64,000 bases of DNA from a virus. The notes under the pieces are model-generated. The model was not told the DNA's origin. It searched no databases and saw only the letters and a list, made by a program, of their open reading frames with translations. The stretch covers positions 32,001-96,000 of the IMG/VR virus record IMGVR_UViG_3300008110_000034; one strand, given 5' to 3'. Every line of letters starts with the position of its first letter. Within the stretch, counting starts at the first letter, position 1. Both the position numbers and the translations under genes were made by a program. Shown in pieces: positions 9,188 through 17,466 of this stretch.

Positions 9188-9556
9188 ATGACGACGTTTA
9201 CTATACCTACCACAACTACTGGCCAAATTTATGTGTCTGCTGGTAACGGTGGAAGCGGTGGAACAGGTTCGTTTACTACAAGTACAAGTACAACTACTCA
9301 ATTCAATAACAGTAAGGGCAAACCTGTTATGGAAATTCCAAATAGCGACGACCCTAGTATCAAAATTAACGGCAGAATAGAATGGAATGGTGAAGACCTC
9401 CATAATAGATTAAAACGAATAGAAACTATGTTGAACATTCCTACAAGAGATGTTATAATGGAAGAGAAGTATTCAAAACTTAAGAAGATTAATGATGAAT
9501 ACAACAAAGCGTTAGCAGAATATAAAACTTGGGAAACTTTAAAGGGGTCAAAATGA
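9188..9556 (+). CDS. Hypothetical protein (T/G-rich N-terminus, coiled C-terminus)
   Basis: ATG at 9188 just after the upstream stop. The longer ORF-track start overlaps the previous gene and is unlikely. Confidence 0.65.
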   Translation: MTTFTIPTTTTGQIYVSAGNGGSGGTGSFTTSTSTTTQFNNSKGKPVMEIPNSDDPSIKINGRIEWNGEDLHNRLKRIETMLNIPTRDVIMEEKYSKLKKINDEYNKALAEYKTWETLKGSK

Positions 9557-9765
9557 TTGAACAATTAATAACAGATCAAGCTGCATGGAAGCTTCGGTTA
9601 AAAATTAACGACTGTGTAAAGCCAGACGGCTTTAACCATCTTATGTTTACTGGAGAACAGTATAACGACGAAGGTGAATTAACTAATACTAGCACTTACG
9701 ATTTTTTCCTTAGCAAAGAGGAAATTGGAAAGCTTTGGACAACCTTAGCAAACGGTGTACGATGA
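9553..9765 (+). CDS. Hypothetical protein
   Basis: ATG 9553 with GGGG SD; ATGA overlap with the next gene. Confidence 0.6.
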   Translation: MIEQLITDQAAWKLRLKINDCVKPDGFNHLMFTGEQYNDEGELTNTSTYDFFLSKEEIGKLWTTLANGVR

Positions 9766-10307
9766 AAAAAATTTACTTAACTTGGAGAAACGTTCAAGGA
9801 CACGTTCTCGAACTAGCTAAACAAATTAACAATGATAATTGGCGTCCGGATTATGTTGTAGGTATCACAAGAGGAGGTGCTGTTCCAGCAGTAATGCTTA
9901 GTCAATATCTTGATGTTCCTATGCGACCATTACAGGTCAGTTTACGCGACGGTGGAGATTGTGTCAGCGACTTAGGTATGGCCGAAGATGCATTTGGTTA
10001 TGTTCCTGAAGAAGTACGAGGGGAGTCGGGTACTCAAACCGATCCTGCTTATCGAAAAAAAATTCTTATTGTTGACGACATCAACGACACCGGTGCTACT
10101 ATAGCGTGGATTAAGAAAGATTGGCCTAGCGGATGTTTACCAAATCATTTTGCTTGGGATACTGTTTGGAACAATAATGTTCGTTTTGCTGTAATTCATA
10201 ATAATCTTGCCAGCAAAGAAGAAGTAGATTACTCAGCTAATGAAATTAACAAGGCTGAAGAGGATTGCTGGATAGTATATCCTTGGGAGAACTTTTGGCG
10301 TGGATAA
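9762..10307 (+). CDS. Type I purine phosphoribosyltransferase (Gpt-like)
   Basis: VVGITRGGAVPA loop, PRPP-binding ILIVDDINDTGAT and C-terminal WIVYPWE. Confidence 0.9.
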   Translation: MKKIYLTWRNVQGHVLELAKQINNDNWRPDYVVGITRGGAVPAVMLSQYLDVPMRPLQVSLRDGGDCVSDLGMAEDAFGYVPEEVRGESGTQTDPAYRKKILIVDDINDTGATIAWIKKDWPSGCLPNHFAWDTVWNNNVRFAVIHNNLASKEEVDYSANEINKAEEDCWIVYPWENFWRG

Positions 10308-10680
10308 TAAAGAACTAGATCGTTTCTGCTGTAATTGGGATATTCAATTGAGGCCTAGTTCACGCACTATTAGAAAGGCTAAACCACCACAGGTTAGCAC
10401 TTATCAGGATGCACATGATTTTTATTTTGCTACAGAAGATTTAGAGTGTTATGATATTCTAATACCTAAAGATAACTTTCATGCCTTAGCCGAAATTGAT
10501 CAAAGAATGAATGACGTAATTGTTAAATCTCGTGGAGATCAAGATTACATCAATCATATAAAGCGTAAAGAAATGATTGAGATTAAAGCAAGAAATAATA
10601 ACCCTGCTGTTAAAAAGGCCTGGGATAATTATTCTACATTAATGAATATGGTTTGGAACGAGTATGCTGACAGATATTGA
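10300..10680 (+). CDS. Hypothetical protein
   Basis: 126 aa; GTG start; overlaps both neighbours. Confidence 0.65.
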   Translation: MDNKELDRFCCNWDIQLRPSSRTIRKAKPPQVSTYQDAHDFYFATEDLECYDILIPKDNFHALAEIDQRMNDVIVKSRGDQDYINHIKRKEMIEIKARNNNPAVKKAWDNYSTLMNMVWNEYADRY

Positions 10681-11068
10681 AAAGGCCTTAAATGAAAAAA
10701 GAGCACCGTGGACAGAAATTGAATACAGAACTAAAGACTTCTGGGTCTTCAGAGACGCTTATGCAGTTACCCCAGGGCATTTGTTATTTGTGCCTACCCA
10801 AGAAAACTGGACTAATCTCTGGGAGTGCTACAAAGCAGCCTACAAGTTCGGACACGAGGGTGTTGAAGCTGAAAGGTGGGATGCTTTTAACATCGGCCAA
10901 AATGTTGGAGAAGCAGCTGGACAAACAGTGATGTATCCCCACGTACACATGATACCACGACGTATAGGCGATATGGAGGATCCAAGAGGTGGAGTTAGAC
11001 ATGTTATACCCGAAAAAGGAAACTATAAAAAATCCACACACAGTATGGATCAATTGGCAGCACCCTGA
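10664..11068 (+). CDS. HIT family nucleotide hydrolase
   Basis: PGHLLFVP and GQTVMYPHVHMIPR; the first His of the triad is replaced by Tyr. Confidence 0.85.
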   Translation: MLTDIEKALNEKRAPWTEIEYRTKDFWVFRDAYAVTPGHLLFVPTQENWTNLWECYKAAYKFGHEGVEAERWDAFNIGQNVGEAAGQTVMYPHVHMIPRRIGDMEDPRGGVRHVIPEKGNYKKSTHSMDQLAAP

Positions 11069-11225
11069 TATGCCGTGGACTGAAATCTGTGCTAAGGTAA
11101 TGGAAGTATTTGGATTACCTGGTCACAGATATACTAGTCATCCTACTACACACTTTATGACATTTACATTTAAATCAGAAAAAGATCGTGTATTATGTGA
11201 AATATTATTAAGCGAGTATTTGTAA
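10989..11225 (+). CDS. Hypothetical protein
   Basis: 78 aa filling the gap between the HIT and dehydrogenase genes; TAATG overlap at the 3' end; start uncertain. Confidence 0.6.
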   Translation: MELDMLYPKKETIKNPHTVWINWQHPDMPWTEICAKVMEVFGLPGHRYTSHPTTHFMTFTFKSEKDRVLCEILLSEYL

Positions 11226-12022
11226 TGTATGAAAAAATAGGAATTATTGGTCATGGCTATGTTGGAGAAGCAATAGCACAAAGCATAGTGCCTCCATTTC
11301 AAGCAGTTATTATTGATCCAGCCAAGGGATGGAACACAACTTACTATGATCTAAAAAAAGAATGTTCTTGTGTGTTTATATGTGTCCCAAGTCCGCAAGG
11401 TGCAGACGGACAATGTGATACTAGTATTATTGAGAGTGTTTTAAAAGAATTGCAATTTGGATTTACTGGAACTATTATTAGTAAAGTAACTGCGCCGCCA
11501 GACTTTTACGAAGACTGGGGTAAACTGTTACCTAATTTAGTTTACGTTCCAGAATTTCTTAGAGCCTCATCTGGTATAACAGACTTTGCTAGAGCAGAAT
11601 GGACTATAGTTGGCGGCACTGTTGGTGCTTATCAAAGAGAAGCAATAAGAATTATTAAACAACTGCAAACCGAACTTAGGCATATTGAACTATGCGGTAT
11701 CGGTGAAGCAGCATTTGTCAAATATTCCATTAACAGTTTCCTTGCTACAAAAGTTGTCTTTATGAATGAACTATATCAATTATCCGATAAGAAAGGTTAC
11801 AATTGGAGGCAACTGTCTAATTTGATTAATATGGACAAGCGCATAGGCGATAGTCATATGCAAGTGCCCGGGCCTGACAAGTATTATGGGTTCGGTGGAG
11901 CATGTTTTCCTAAAGATACAGAAGCACTATTAAAATATGCAGATGATCATAGTGTAAACCTAAATACTCTTGATGCAGCCGTAAAGAAAAATACTCTTTT
12001 AAGGTTGACTAAACCTAAATAA
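11225..12022 (+). CDS. UDP-glucose/GDP-mannose dehydrogenase family protein lacking the C-terminal domain
   Basis: GIIGHGYVG Rossmann motif, CVPSP, PEFLR, KYSINSFLATK and catalytic GFGGACFPKD; only 265 aa. Confidence 0.85.
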   Translation: MYEKIGIIGHGYVGEAIAQSIVPPFQAVIIDPAKGWNTTYYDLKKECSCVFICVPSPQGADGQCDTSIIESVLKELQFGFTGTIISKVTAPPDFYEDWGKLLPNLVYVPEFLRASSGITDFARAEWTIVGGTVGAYQREAIRIIKQLQTELRHIELCGIGEAAFVKYSINSFLATKVVFMNELYQLSDKKGYNWRQLSNLINMDKRIGDSHMQVPGPDKYYGFGGACFPKDTEALLKYADDHSVNLNTLDAAVKKNTLLRLTKPK

Positions 12023-12033
12023 CATTGTAAAAT
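12005..12033 (+). promoter_or_regulatory. Sigma70-type promoter for folE with a late-type CTAAATA in its spacer
   Basis: TTGACT-17 nt-TAAAAT; CTAAATA at 12015-12021. Confidence 0.6.
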
Positions 12034-12051
12034 AGCAATAAAGGAAAACTT

Positions 12052-12387
12052 ATGGTATATAACAAAATGTATGAAAGCAACGACGAGACTGGCTTAGATG
12101 CTATGGCCGGAGATGGTGGCTACCAAGAATCAACATTATCTGCTGTACTACGTGCTAAAATGAAAAGAGAAGGAAAGCGTTTCTGGGCAGGAGACAATAT
12201 CAGCGACTATCTTCATGACAGCGACAAAGAGCACTTAATTAATGAAGCTACAGAAGCATTTGAAGGTGTACTAGACACACTGCTGATTGATCGCGAAAAC
12301 GATCCTAACAGTAAAGGCACAGCCCGCAGGCTTGCTAAAATGTATTTCAACGAAATAATGGCAGGAAGATATGAGAAGGAATGTTAG
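12052..12387 (+). CDS. folE: GTP cyclohydrolase I, N-terminal fragment of a split gene
   Basis: DPNSKGTARRLAKMYFNEIMAGRY matches the FolE N-terminal helices, then a premature TAG. Confidence 0.75.
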   Translation: MVYNKMYESNDETGLDAMAGDGGYQESTLSAVLRAKMKREGKRFWAGDNISDYLHDSDKEHLINEATEAFEGVLDTLLIDRENDPNSKGTARRLAKMYFNEIMAGRYEKEC

Positions 12388-12767
12388 TAGTACGTAGCGA
12401 ATTAAGAAGTATGTGTAGTCATCATCATCAACCAGTTAATGGTGTAGCATATATTGGTATCATTGCTGCTAATAAACTTATTGGCTTATCTAAGTACACT
12501 CGAATCGCTCAATGGTGTGCTAGACGCGGTACTCTACAAGAAGAACTGGCCAACGATATTGCAAGAGAAATTAGTCGAGCTACTGACGCTAAAGATGTAG
12601 GTGTGTACATTCAGGCCACACATGGCTGCTGTGAGAATCGAGGTATTATGGCACATAGTAGTCTTACACAGACTACAGTATTAAAAGGTGCGTTCAAAGA
12701 TGATCAAGGCACTAAAAAAGAATTCTTTGATAACATCAAACTACAACAAGATTTTGCTCCAAGATAA
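12381..12767 (+). CDS. folE: GTP cyclohydrolase I, C-terminal catalytic fragment of a split gene
   Basis: SMCSHHHQP (Zn Cys/His), GLSKYTR, TLQEEL, HGCCENRG. Different frame from the N-fragment. Confidence 0.85.
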   Translation: MLVVRSELRSMCSHHHQPVNGVAYIGIIAANKLIGLSKYTRIAQWCARRGTLQEELANDIAREISRATDAKDVGVYIQATHGCCENRGIMAHSSLTQTTVLKGAFKDDQGTKKEFFDNIKLQQDFAPR

Positions 12768-12788
12768 TAAAATGAAAGAAACTTAAAT

Positions 12789-13067
12789 GTGACTTTAATT
12801 AACAAAGATGATATAATAGAAGTAGATGAAGATCAGTATCTTTGTTTAACAGGAACACTTGAAGAACAATTTAGTTTTCAAATTATAAATGGAGAAAAAT
12901 GGGATCTACTAGGAGATGAGGAATTTCCTGTCGACTGGTGGCCCGAAAGAAGAGAAGCTAACGATTACTATATTGGATGGACTGCCGAAGAATTTTTATT
13001 ATGGGGGCATTCGCCGTTAATAGATGATCTATGCAACTATCGTAATTTATTAAACAAGGAGAAATAA
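12789..13067 (+). CDS. Hypothetical acidic protein
   Basis: 92 aa; GTG start. Confidence 0.55.
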   Translation: MTLINKDDIIEVDEDQYLCLTGTLEEQFSFQIINGEKWDLLGDEEFPVDWWPERREANDYYIGWTAEEFLLWGHSPLIDDLCNYRNLLNKEK

Positions 13068-13068
13068 A

Positions 13069-13257
13069 ATGAATATAGGCGACAAGCTAGCAAAAGTAGG
13101 AGATAGTTTTACTATCAATATGTATGACAACGGATTTATGGTAGAAGTGTCGGGACGTAATTCCGACGGCGACTGGGCAACTGCTAAAGTACTTTGTCAA
13201 AATTTAGAACAGGTAGTTTCTATAGTTACTGAAGTTTCATCAATGGAAAGAGAGTAA
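13069..13257 (+). CDS. Hypothetical protein
   Basis: 62 aa; SD AGGAG. Confidence 0.7.
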   Translation: MNIGDKLAKVGDSFTINMYDNGFMVEVSGRNSDGDWATAKVLCQNLEQVVSIVTEVSSMERE

Positions 13258-13475
13258 TGGACAAAAAAGTCGAAGATGTTATTCATAGGATGAAAAATCT
13301 TAGAGAGTACAAAGTAGTACGTAATGTCTCCGAAGGATTTGTTCTTAATGGCAAGATGCCGTATGATGTTAAGCTTGACAAAAACAATGTATTGACAGTA
13401 ACATTAATGGCTGTTGATAGAGAAGAAGCAGAACGTCGCGTTAGCGAATTTATTGCAGGAATGAACGATGATTAA
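13257..13475 (+). CDS. Hypothetical protein
   Basis: 72 aa; TAATG overlap. Confidence 0.65.
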   Translation: MDKKVEDVIHRMKNLREYKVVRNVSEGFVLNGKMPYDVKLDKNNVLTVTLMAVDREEAERRVSEFIAGMNDD

Positions 13476-13773
13476 AAAATGGTTTAAGAAAAAATTCAGA
13501 GATTGGTCTAAGGAAGCGTGGGACGCCGGTATGGAAAAATCACAATCTTTAGGCATTGGTATTCCTAACAGTGTTTATGAAACTCGTCAATTGAATAGCG
13601 ATGCTGTTTTACAGTTTACTGTATACAATGCTGTTGGCGGTAAAGTAGTAGAATTTAGATATCATGATCGTAACAGTGATCGTAGTCATAATCAGATGTA
13701 TGTTATTGGTAAGGATGAAGACTTTGGAGAGAAAATAGCTAAGATAGCCACATTAGAGGTATTAAAGCAATGA
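13468..13773 (+). CDS. Hypothetical protein
   Basis: 101 aa; SD AGGA; overlaps both neighbours. Confidence 0.65.
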   Translation: MIKKWFKKKFRDWSKEAWDAGMEKSQSLGIGIPNSVYETRQLNSDAVLQFTVYNAVGGKVVEFRYHDRNSDRSHNQMYVIGKDEDFGEKIAKIATLEVLKQ

Positions 13774-14123
13774 CACCGCAGATACCTGCAGAAGGAATTT
13801 ATAAAACGGGCGAATGGGGGGACTCAGTGTCTTACCGTATTGCCTGTAATTGTCACGATGCAAATCATTCTCACGATCTTTGGGTAGAAGCCAGCGACAT
13901 AGGTATAGATATTACAATCTATACCACAGTTAAATCTAAATGGTGGTCTATTAATCGACTAAAACAAATTTGGATATTATTAACTAAGGGCTATATAGAG
14001 ACAGAGTCGTCGATTTCTCTTACAACACAACAAGCTCTTAATTATTCTGAAGTTTTAAAATCTTCTATAGAATATGTAGACAAATTAAGAGAAAGTTATA
14101 TTAGAAAGAAAAAAGATGAGTAA
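13770..14123 (+). CDS. Hypothetical protein
   Basis: 117 aa; ATGA overlap. Confidence 0.65.
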   Translation: MTPQIPAEGIYKTGEWGDSVSYRIACNCHDANHSHDLWVEASDIGIDITIYTTVKSKWWSINRLKQIWILLTKGYIETESSISLTTQQALNYSEVLKSSIEYVDKLRESYIRKKKDE

Positions 14124-14973
14124 AATAAAAATAGCAGAGCTTTTTTATAGCATACAAGGCGAAGGACGCTTTATGGGTGTTCCTTCTGTTTTCTTACGTA
14201 CATACGGTTGTAATTTTAAATGCGCCGGATTTGGTATGCCACGCGGTGAGATTAGTATTGAAGCAGATGATATTGCATATACACATGCCAATATTGAATC
14301 TTTTCATAAGTACGAAGAACTGCCGTTAGTTACTACAGGCTGTGATAGTTATGCAAGTTGGCATCCAGCATTTAAAGATCTAAGCCCTATGCTAACTGTA
14401 GATGCTATAGTTGATAGAATAATGGAATTACTTCCTTATAATAAATGGCGCAGTGAGCATCTTGTTATTACAGGCGGTGAACCTTTGCTAGGTTGGCAAC
14501 GTGCTTATCCAGATTTGTTAAGTCACGATAAAATGAAAAAATTAAAAGATATAACATTTGAAACAAATGGTACTCAAGAAATATCTAAAGATTTTAGAAA
14601 GTACTTAGAAAAGTGGACACACAAACAAGGGTATCACAATCTTACGTTTAGCGTGAGTCCAAAACTAGGTGTAAGCGGAGAGAAGAAAGAAGACGCTATA
14701 CGTCCAGATATCGTTAGAGAATATGAAGAACTAGGACACACTTATCTAAAATTCGTAGTCGCCACTGAAGAGGATCTTAAAGATGCAGAACAGGCAGTTC
14801 AAGAATATCGCGATAACGGTTTCGAAGGTCACATTTATCTTATGCCTGTCGGGGGTGTTGAACGGGTGTACAATCTTAATAATAGAACAGTGGCACAGAT
14901 GGCAATGCAAAAAGGATGGCGGTACAGTGATCGACTTCAAGTGCCGTTATTTAAAAACGAATGGGGAACCTAA
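14116..14973 (+). CDS. queE: 7-carboxy-7-deazaguanine synthase (radical SAM)
   Basis: ELFYSIQGEG...VFLRTYGCNFKC...GCDS, VITGGEPLL, FETNGT, SVSPKL and RLQVPLF. Confidence 0.9.
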   Translation: MSKIKIAELFYSIQGEGRFMGVPSVFLRTYGCNFKCAGFGMPRGEISIEADDIAYTHANIESFHKYEELPLVTTGCDSYASWHPAFKDLSPMLTVDAIVDRIMELLPYNKWRSEHLVITGGEPLLGWQRAYPDLLSHDKMKKLKDITFETNGTQEISKDFRKYLEKWTHKQGYHNLTFSVSPKLGVSGEKKEDAIRPDIVREYEELGHTYLKFVVATEEDLKDAEQAVQEYRDNGFEGHIYLMPVGGVERVYNLNNRTVAQMAMQKGWRYSDRLQVPLFKNEWGT

Positions 14974-15422
14974 TGAAAAACTTTATTAAAAAAATAACGG
15001 GCATCGAACGATTAGAAAAAGAAAGAGCTGAATCATTAGCTCGTTTAGCTGAAGCTAAAGCTAGCGAAGAAGCAGCTAAAAAGGCAGAAGAAGAAGCTCG
15101 TCAACAAGAAGAATTGGCTAAAATGACGCCAAAAGAACGAGCTACTGCTAACCAAGAACCTTATATTGCTGTTTTAGATACTAAGGTCAATCCAGAAAAT
15201 CCTAGAAATGGCTTTTTTGAACTTGACTGGAACGAATACTTTATTGTACAATTAAGACAAGCGGGTTATGGTTTAGATGGTGATCCAGACGAGCTTGTTG
15301 TTGATTTATGGTTCCGTGACCTTGCTCGTAATATCTTAGCCGAAGAAGGTCAAGATATTACTCGAGGAGCCGGATATATTAACGTTGTTCCAATTTCAAA
15401 AGGCAAATTAGAAGTTTCATGA
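14973..15422 (+). CDS. Hypothetical protein with N-terminal coiled coil
   Basis: TAATG overlap with queE; E/K/A-rich helix. Confidence 0.7.
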   Translation: MKNFIKKITGIERLEKERAESLARLAEAKASEEAAKKAEEEARQQEELAKMTPKERATANQEPYIAVLDTKVNPENPRNGFFELDWNEYFIVQLRQAGYGLDGDPDELVVDLWFRDLARNILAEEGQDITRGAGYINVVPISKGKLEVS

Positions 15423-16423
15423 CATATATTCTAGTAGATACTGCTAATACATTTTTCCGTGCTAGGCACGTAGTTCGTGGAGATGCTGATACTAAACTTG
15501 GTATGGCTCTCCATATTACTTTTAACAGTATTAAAAAGGCCTGGCAAGATTTTGAGGGCAAGCATGTTGTATTCTGTCTTGAAGGTCGATCATGGCGTAA
15601 AGACGTTTATACGCCCTATAAGGCTAATAGAGCCGAAACTCGAGCTGCTATGACTCCAAAAGAAGCAGAAGAAGATAAACTCTTTTGGGAAACCTTTGAT
15701 AAGTTTAAGGAATTCATTACTGAGAAATCTAATTGTACTGTGTTACAACACCCACAGTTAGAAGCAGATGATCTTATTGCAGGATGGATACAAAGTCATC
15801 CTCACGACAGTCATGTTATTATTAGCACTGACAGCGACTTTGCACAACTAATTTCTCCAACTGTTCGGCAATACAACGGCGTAGCAAATGTAACTACTAC
15901 GCACAAAGGATATTTTGACGATCGAGGAAAAGAAGTAATTGATAAAAAAACTAAGCAGCCGAAGCCGGCACCTAATCCACAATGGCTGCTATTCGAAAAA
16001 TGTATGCGAGGTGATACAAGCGATAATGTGTTTTCAGCATACCCAGGAGTTCGCGTTAAAGGAACAAAAAATAAAGTAGGACTAACAGAAGCGTTTGAAG
16101 ATAGAAACTCAAAAGGATTCGCGTGGAACAATCTCATGTTACAACGTTGGATGGATCATAACGGTGTTGAACATAGAGTGCTCGACGACTATAATAGAAA
16201 TGTACAGCTCTGTGATCTAACTGCACAACCTGATCATATTAGATCTTTGATTAAAGAAACTATTCATGCACAGACTAGTTCTCCTAAGAAAATTGACCAA
16301 GTTGGAATTCGAATGTTAAAATTTTGTAATTTATTTGACTTACAAAAAATTTCAGACAACATTCAACAATATGCAGAACCATTCGCTGCCAAATATACTA
16401 GTAAAGAAGTTGAACTAATTTAA
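15419..16423 (+). CDS. rnh: T4 RNase H-like 5'-3' exonuclease / flap endonuclease
   Basis: ILVDTANTFFR, EADDLIA, ISTDSDFAQL and GDTSDNVFSAYPGV. Confidence 0.9.
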   Translation: MTYILVDTANTFFRARHVVRGDADTKLGMALHITFNSIKKAWQDFEGKHVVFCLEGRSWRKDVYTPYKANRAETRAAMTPKEAEEDKLFWETFDKFKEFITEKSNCTVLQHPQLEADDLIAGWIQSHPHDSHVIISTDSDFAQLISPTVRQYNGVANVTTTHKGYFDDRGKEVIDKKTKQPKPAPNPQWLLFEKCMRGDTSDNVFSAYPGVRVKGTKNKVGLTEAFEDRNSKGFAWNNLMLQRWMDHNGVEHRVLDDYNRNVQLCDLTAQPDHIRSLIKETIHAQTSSPKKIDQVGIRMLKFCNLFDLQKISDNIQQYAEPFAAKYTSKEVELI

Positions 16424-16440
16424 ATCTATAAAGGATACAA

Positions 16441-16911
16441 ATGAATTTAAAAGCTAAACCCATTATAGAAGGAAAGTATTGGATAATAGAAAAAGATGGT
16501 GAAAAGGTTGCTATCTTACATAAAAAAGAAAACAACAAGTTTATGTTAAGTTCCAAAGACGGCGAAAAATATTTTAATCGTAAAGACGAACTAACTAAAA
16601 TTTTTGGAAAAGATTTCTTTGGAAAATCTATCAAAACTAAAATCTCTTCAATAGAAGTAAGAGATGTTTACGGATTTCCTACACCATGTCATCCATACAA
16701 TCCTCTTTTTGATATTAAGAGAAAATTACCTTTGTTTACAAAGAGTAGTCAAAGTAAAAGTTTATACTGTGCAGGATATTATACCATTAGATTTGATAAA
16801 GGATGGGTAAAATCGTTCTGTCCTAAACTAATCACTATTGAAAGATATGAATCCAGAGGACCTTTTAAAACTGAATTAGAAATGAAACAGGTACTTAGTC
16901 ATGCAAAATAA
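16441..16911 (+). CDS. Hypothetical protein
   Basis: 156 aa; SD AAGGA. Confidence 0.75.
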   Translation: MNLKAKPIIEGKYWIIEKDGEKVAILHKKENNKFMLSSKDGEKYFNRKDELTKIFGKDFFGKSIKTKISSIEVRDVYGFPTPCHPYNPLFDIKRKLPLFTKSSQSKSLYCAGYYTIRFDKGWVKSFCPKLITIERYESRGPFKTELEMKQVLSHAK

Positions 16912-17137
16912 TACTATTAACACATTACCTATTCAGCAGTTTATACAACAGGTAAGGGCTGCAGAACTAAGCCAACAAAGAGAAATTAAGTTAGATATAA
17001 AAACTGCTAAAAATTTAGCATTTTGTTTAGGTGAAATTAGTGCTAAACTGCTGCAAGACTATACAGAAGTTCTTTCTGCACTACAAAAAACATCTGGAGA
17101 ATCGGTTACTATAAAAATGGACGGTGGTGGTTTTTAA
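16901..17137 (+). CDS. Hypothetical protein
   Basis: 78 aa; overlaps the upstream stop. Confidence 0.65.
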   Translation: MQNNTINTLPIQQFIQQVRAAELSQQREIKLDIKTAKNLAFCLGEISAKLLQDYTEVLSALQKTSGESVTIKMDGGGF

Positions 17138-17148
17138 CTAAAAAATGG

Positions 17149-17155
17149 ATAAATA
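17149..17155 (+). promoter_or_regulatory. Putative late promoter (ATAAATA)
   Basis: In the 44-nt gap before 17182. Confidence 0.4.
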
Positions 17156-17181
17156 TATACGTACATTTCGGAGACGTATAT

Positions 17182-17466
17182 ATGTCGAGACCAAAACCAA
17201 AAGTTCTTCTGGAACAAGTAAATAAAAAAAATTATAAATGCGATCAAATTTTAGAAGCAGAAGCAGTTTGGGCTGTCTTCTATAAAGGTAGTCCTTTCAA
17301 TTTAAAAAGTTTTAATAGTTTAACTAGTTACCCTGGACCAAAATATAAAAAAGTCAGTTTTAGTAACCCCGGACATGCACACAATCTTGCTAAAAAATTA
17401 AATCAAATGTTTAATTGTAAAGATTTTCAAGTTTATAAATTAACATCCGGCGATCCAGTTAAATGA
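17182..17466 (+). CDS. Hypothetical basic protein
   Basis: 94 aa; SD GGAG. Confidence 0.75.
   Translation: MSRPKPKVLLEQVNKKNYKCDQILEAEAVWAVFYKGSPFNLKSFNSLTSYPGPKYKKVSFSNPGHAHNLAKKLNQMFNCKDFQVYKLTSGDPVK

Noticed and set aside
12360-12390. Programmed ribosomal frameshift in folE
   Set aside because: There is no slippery heptamer or stimulatory structure, and a frameshift would not restore the missing residues.
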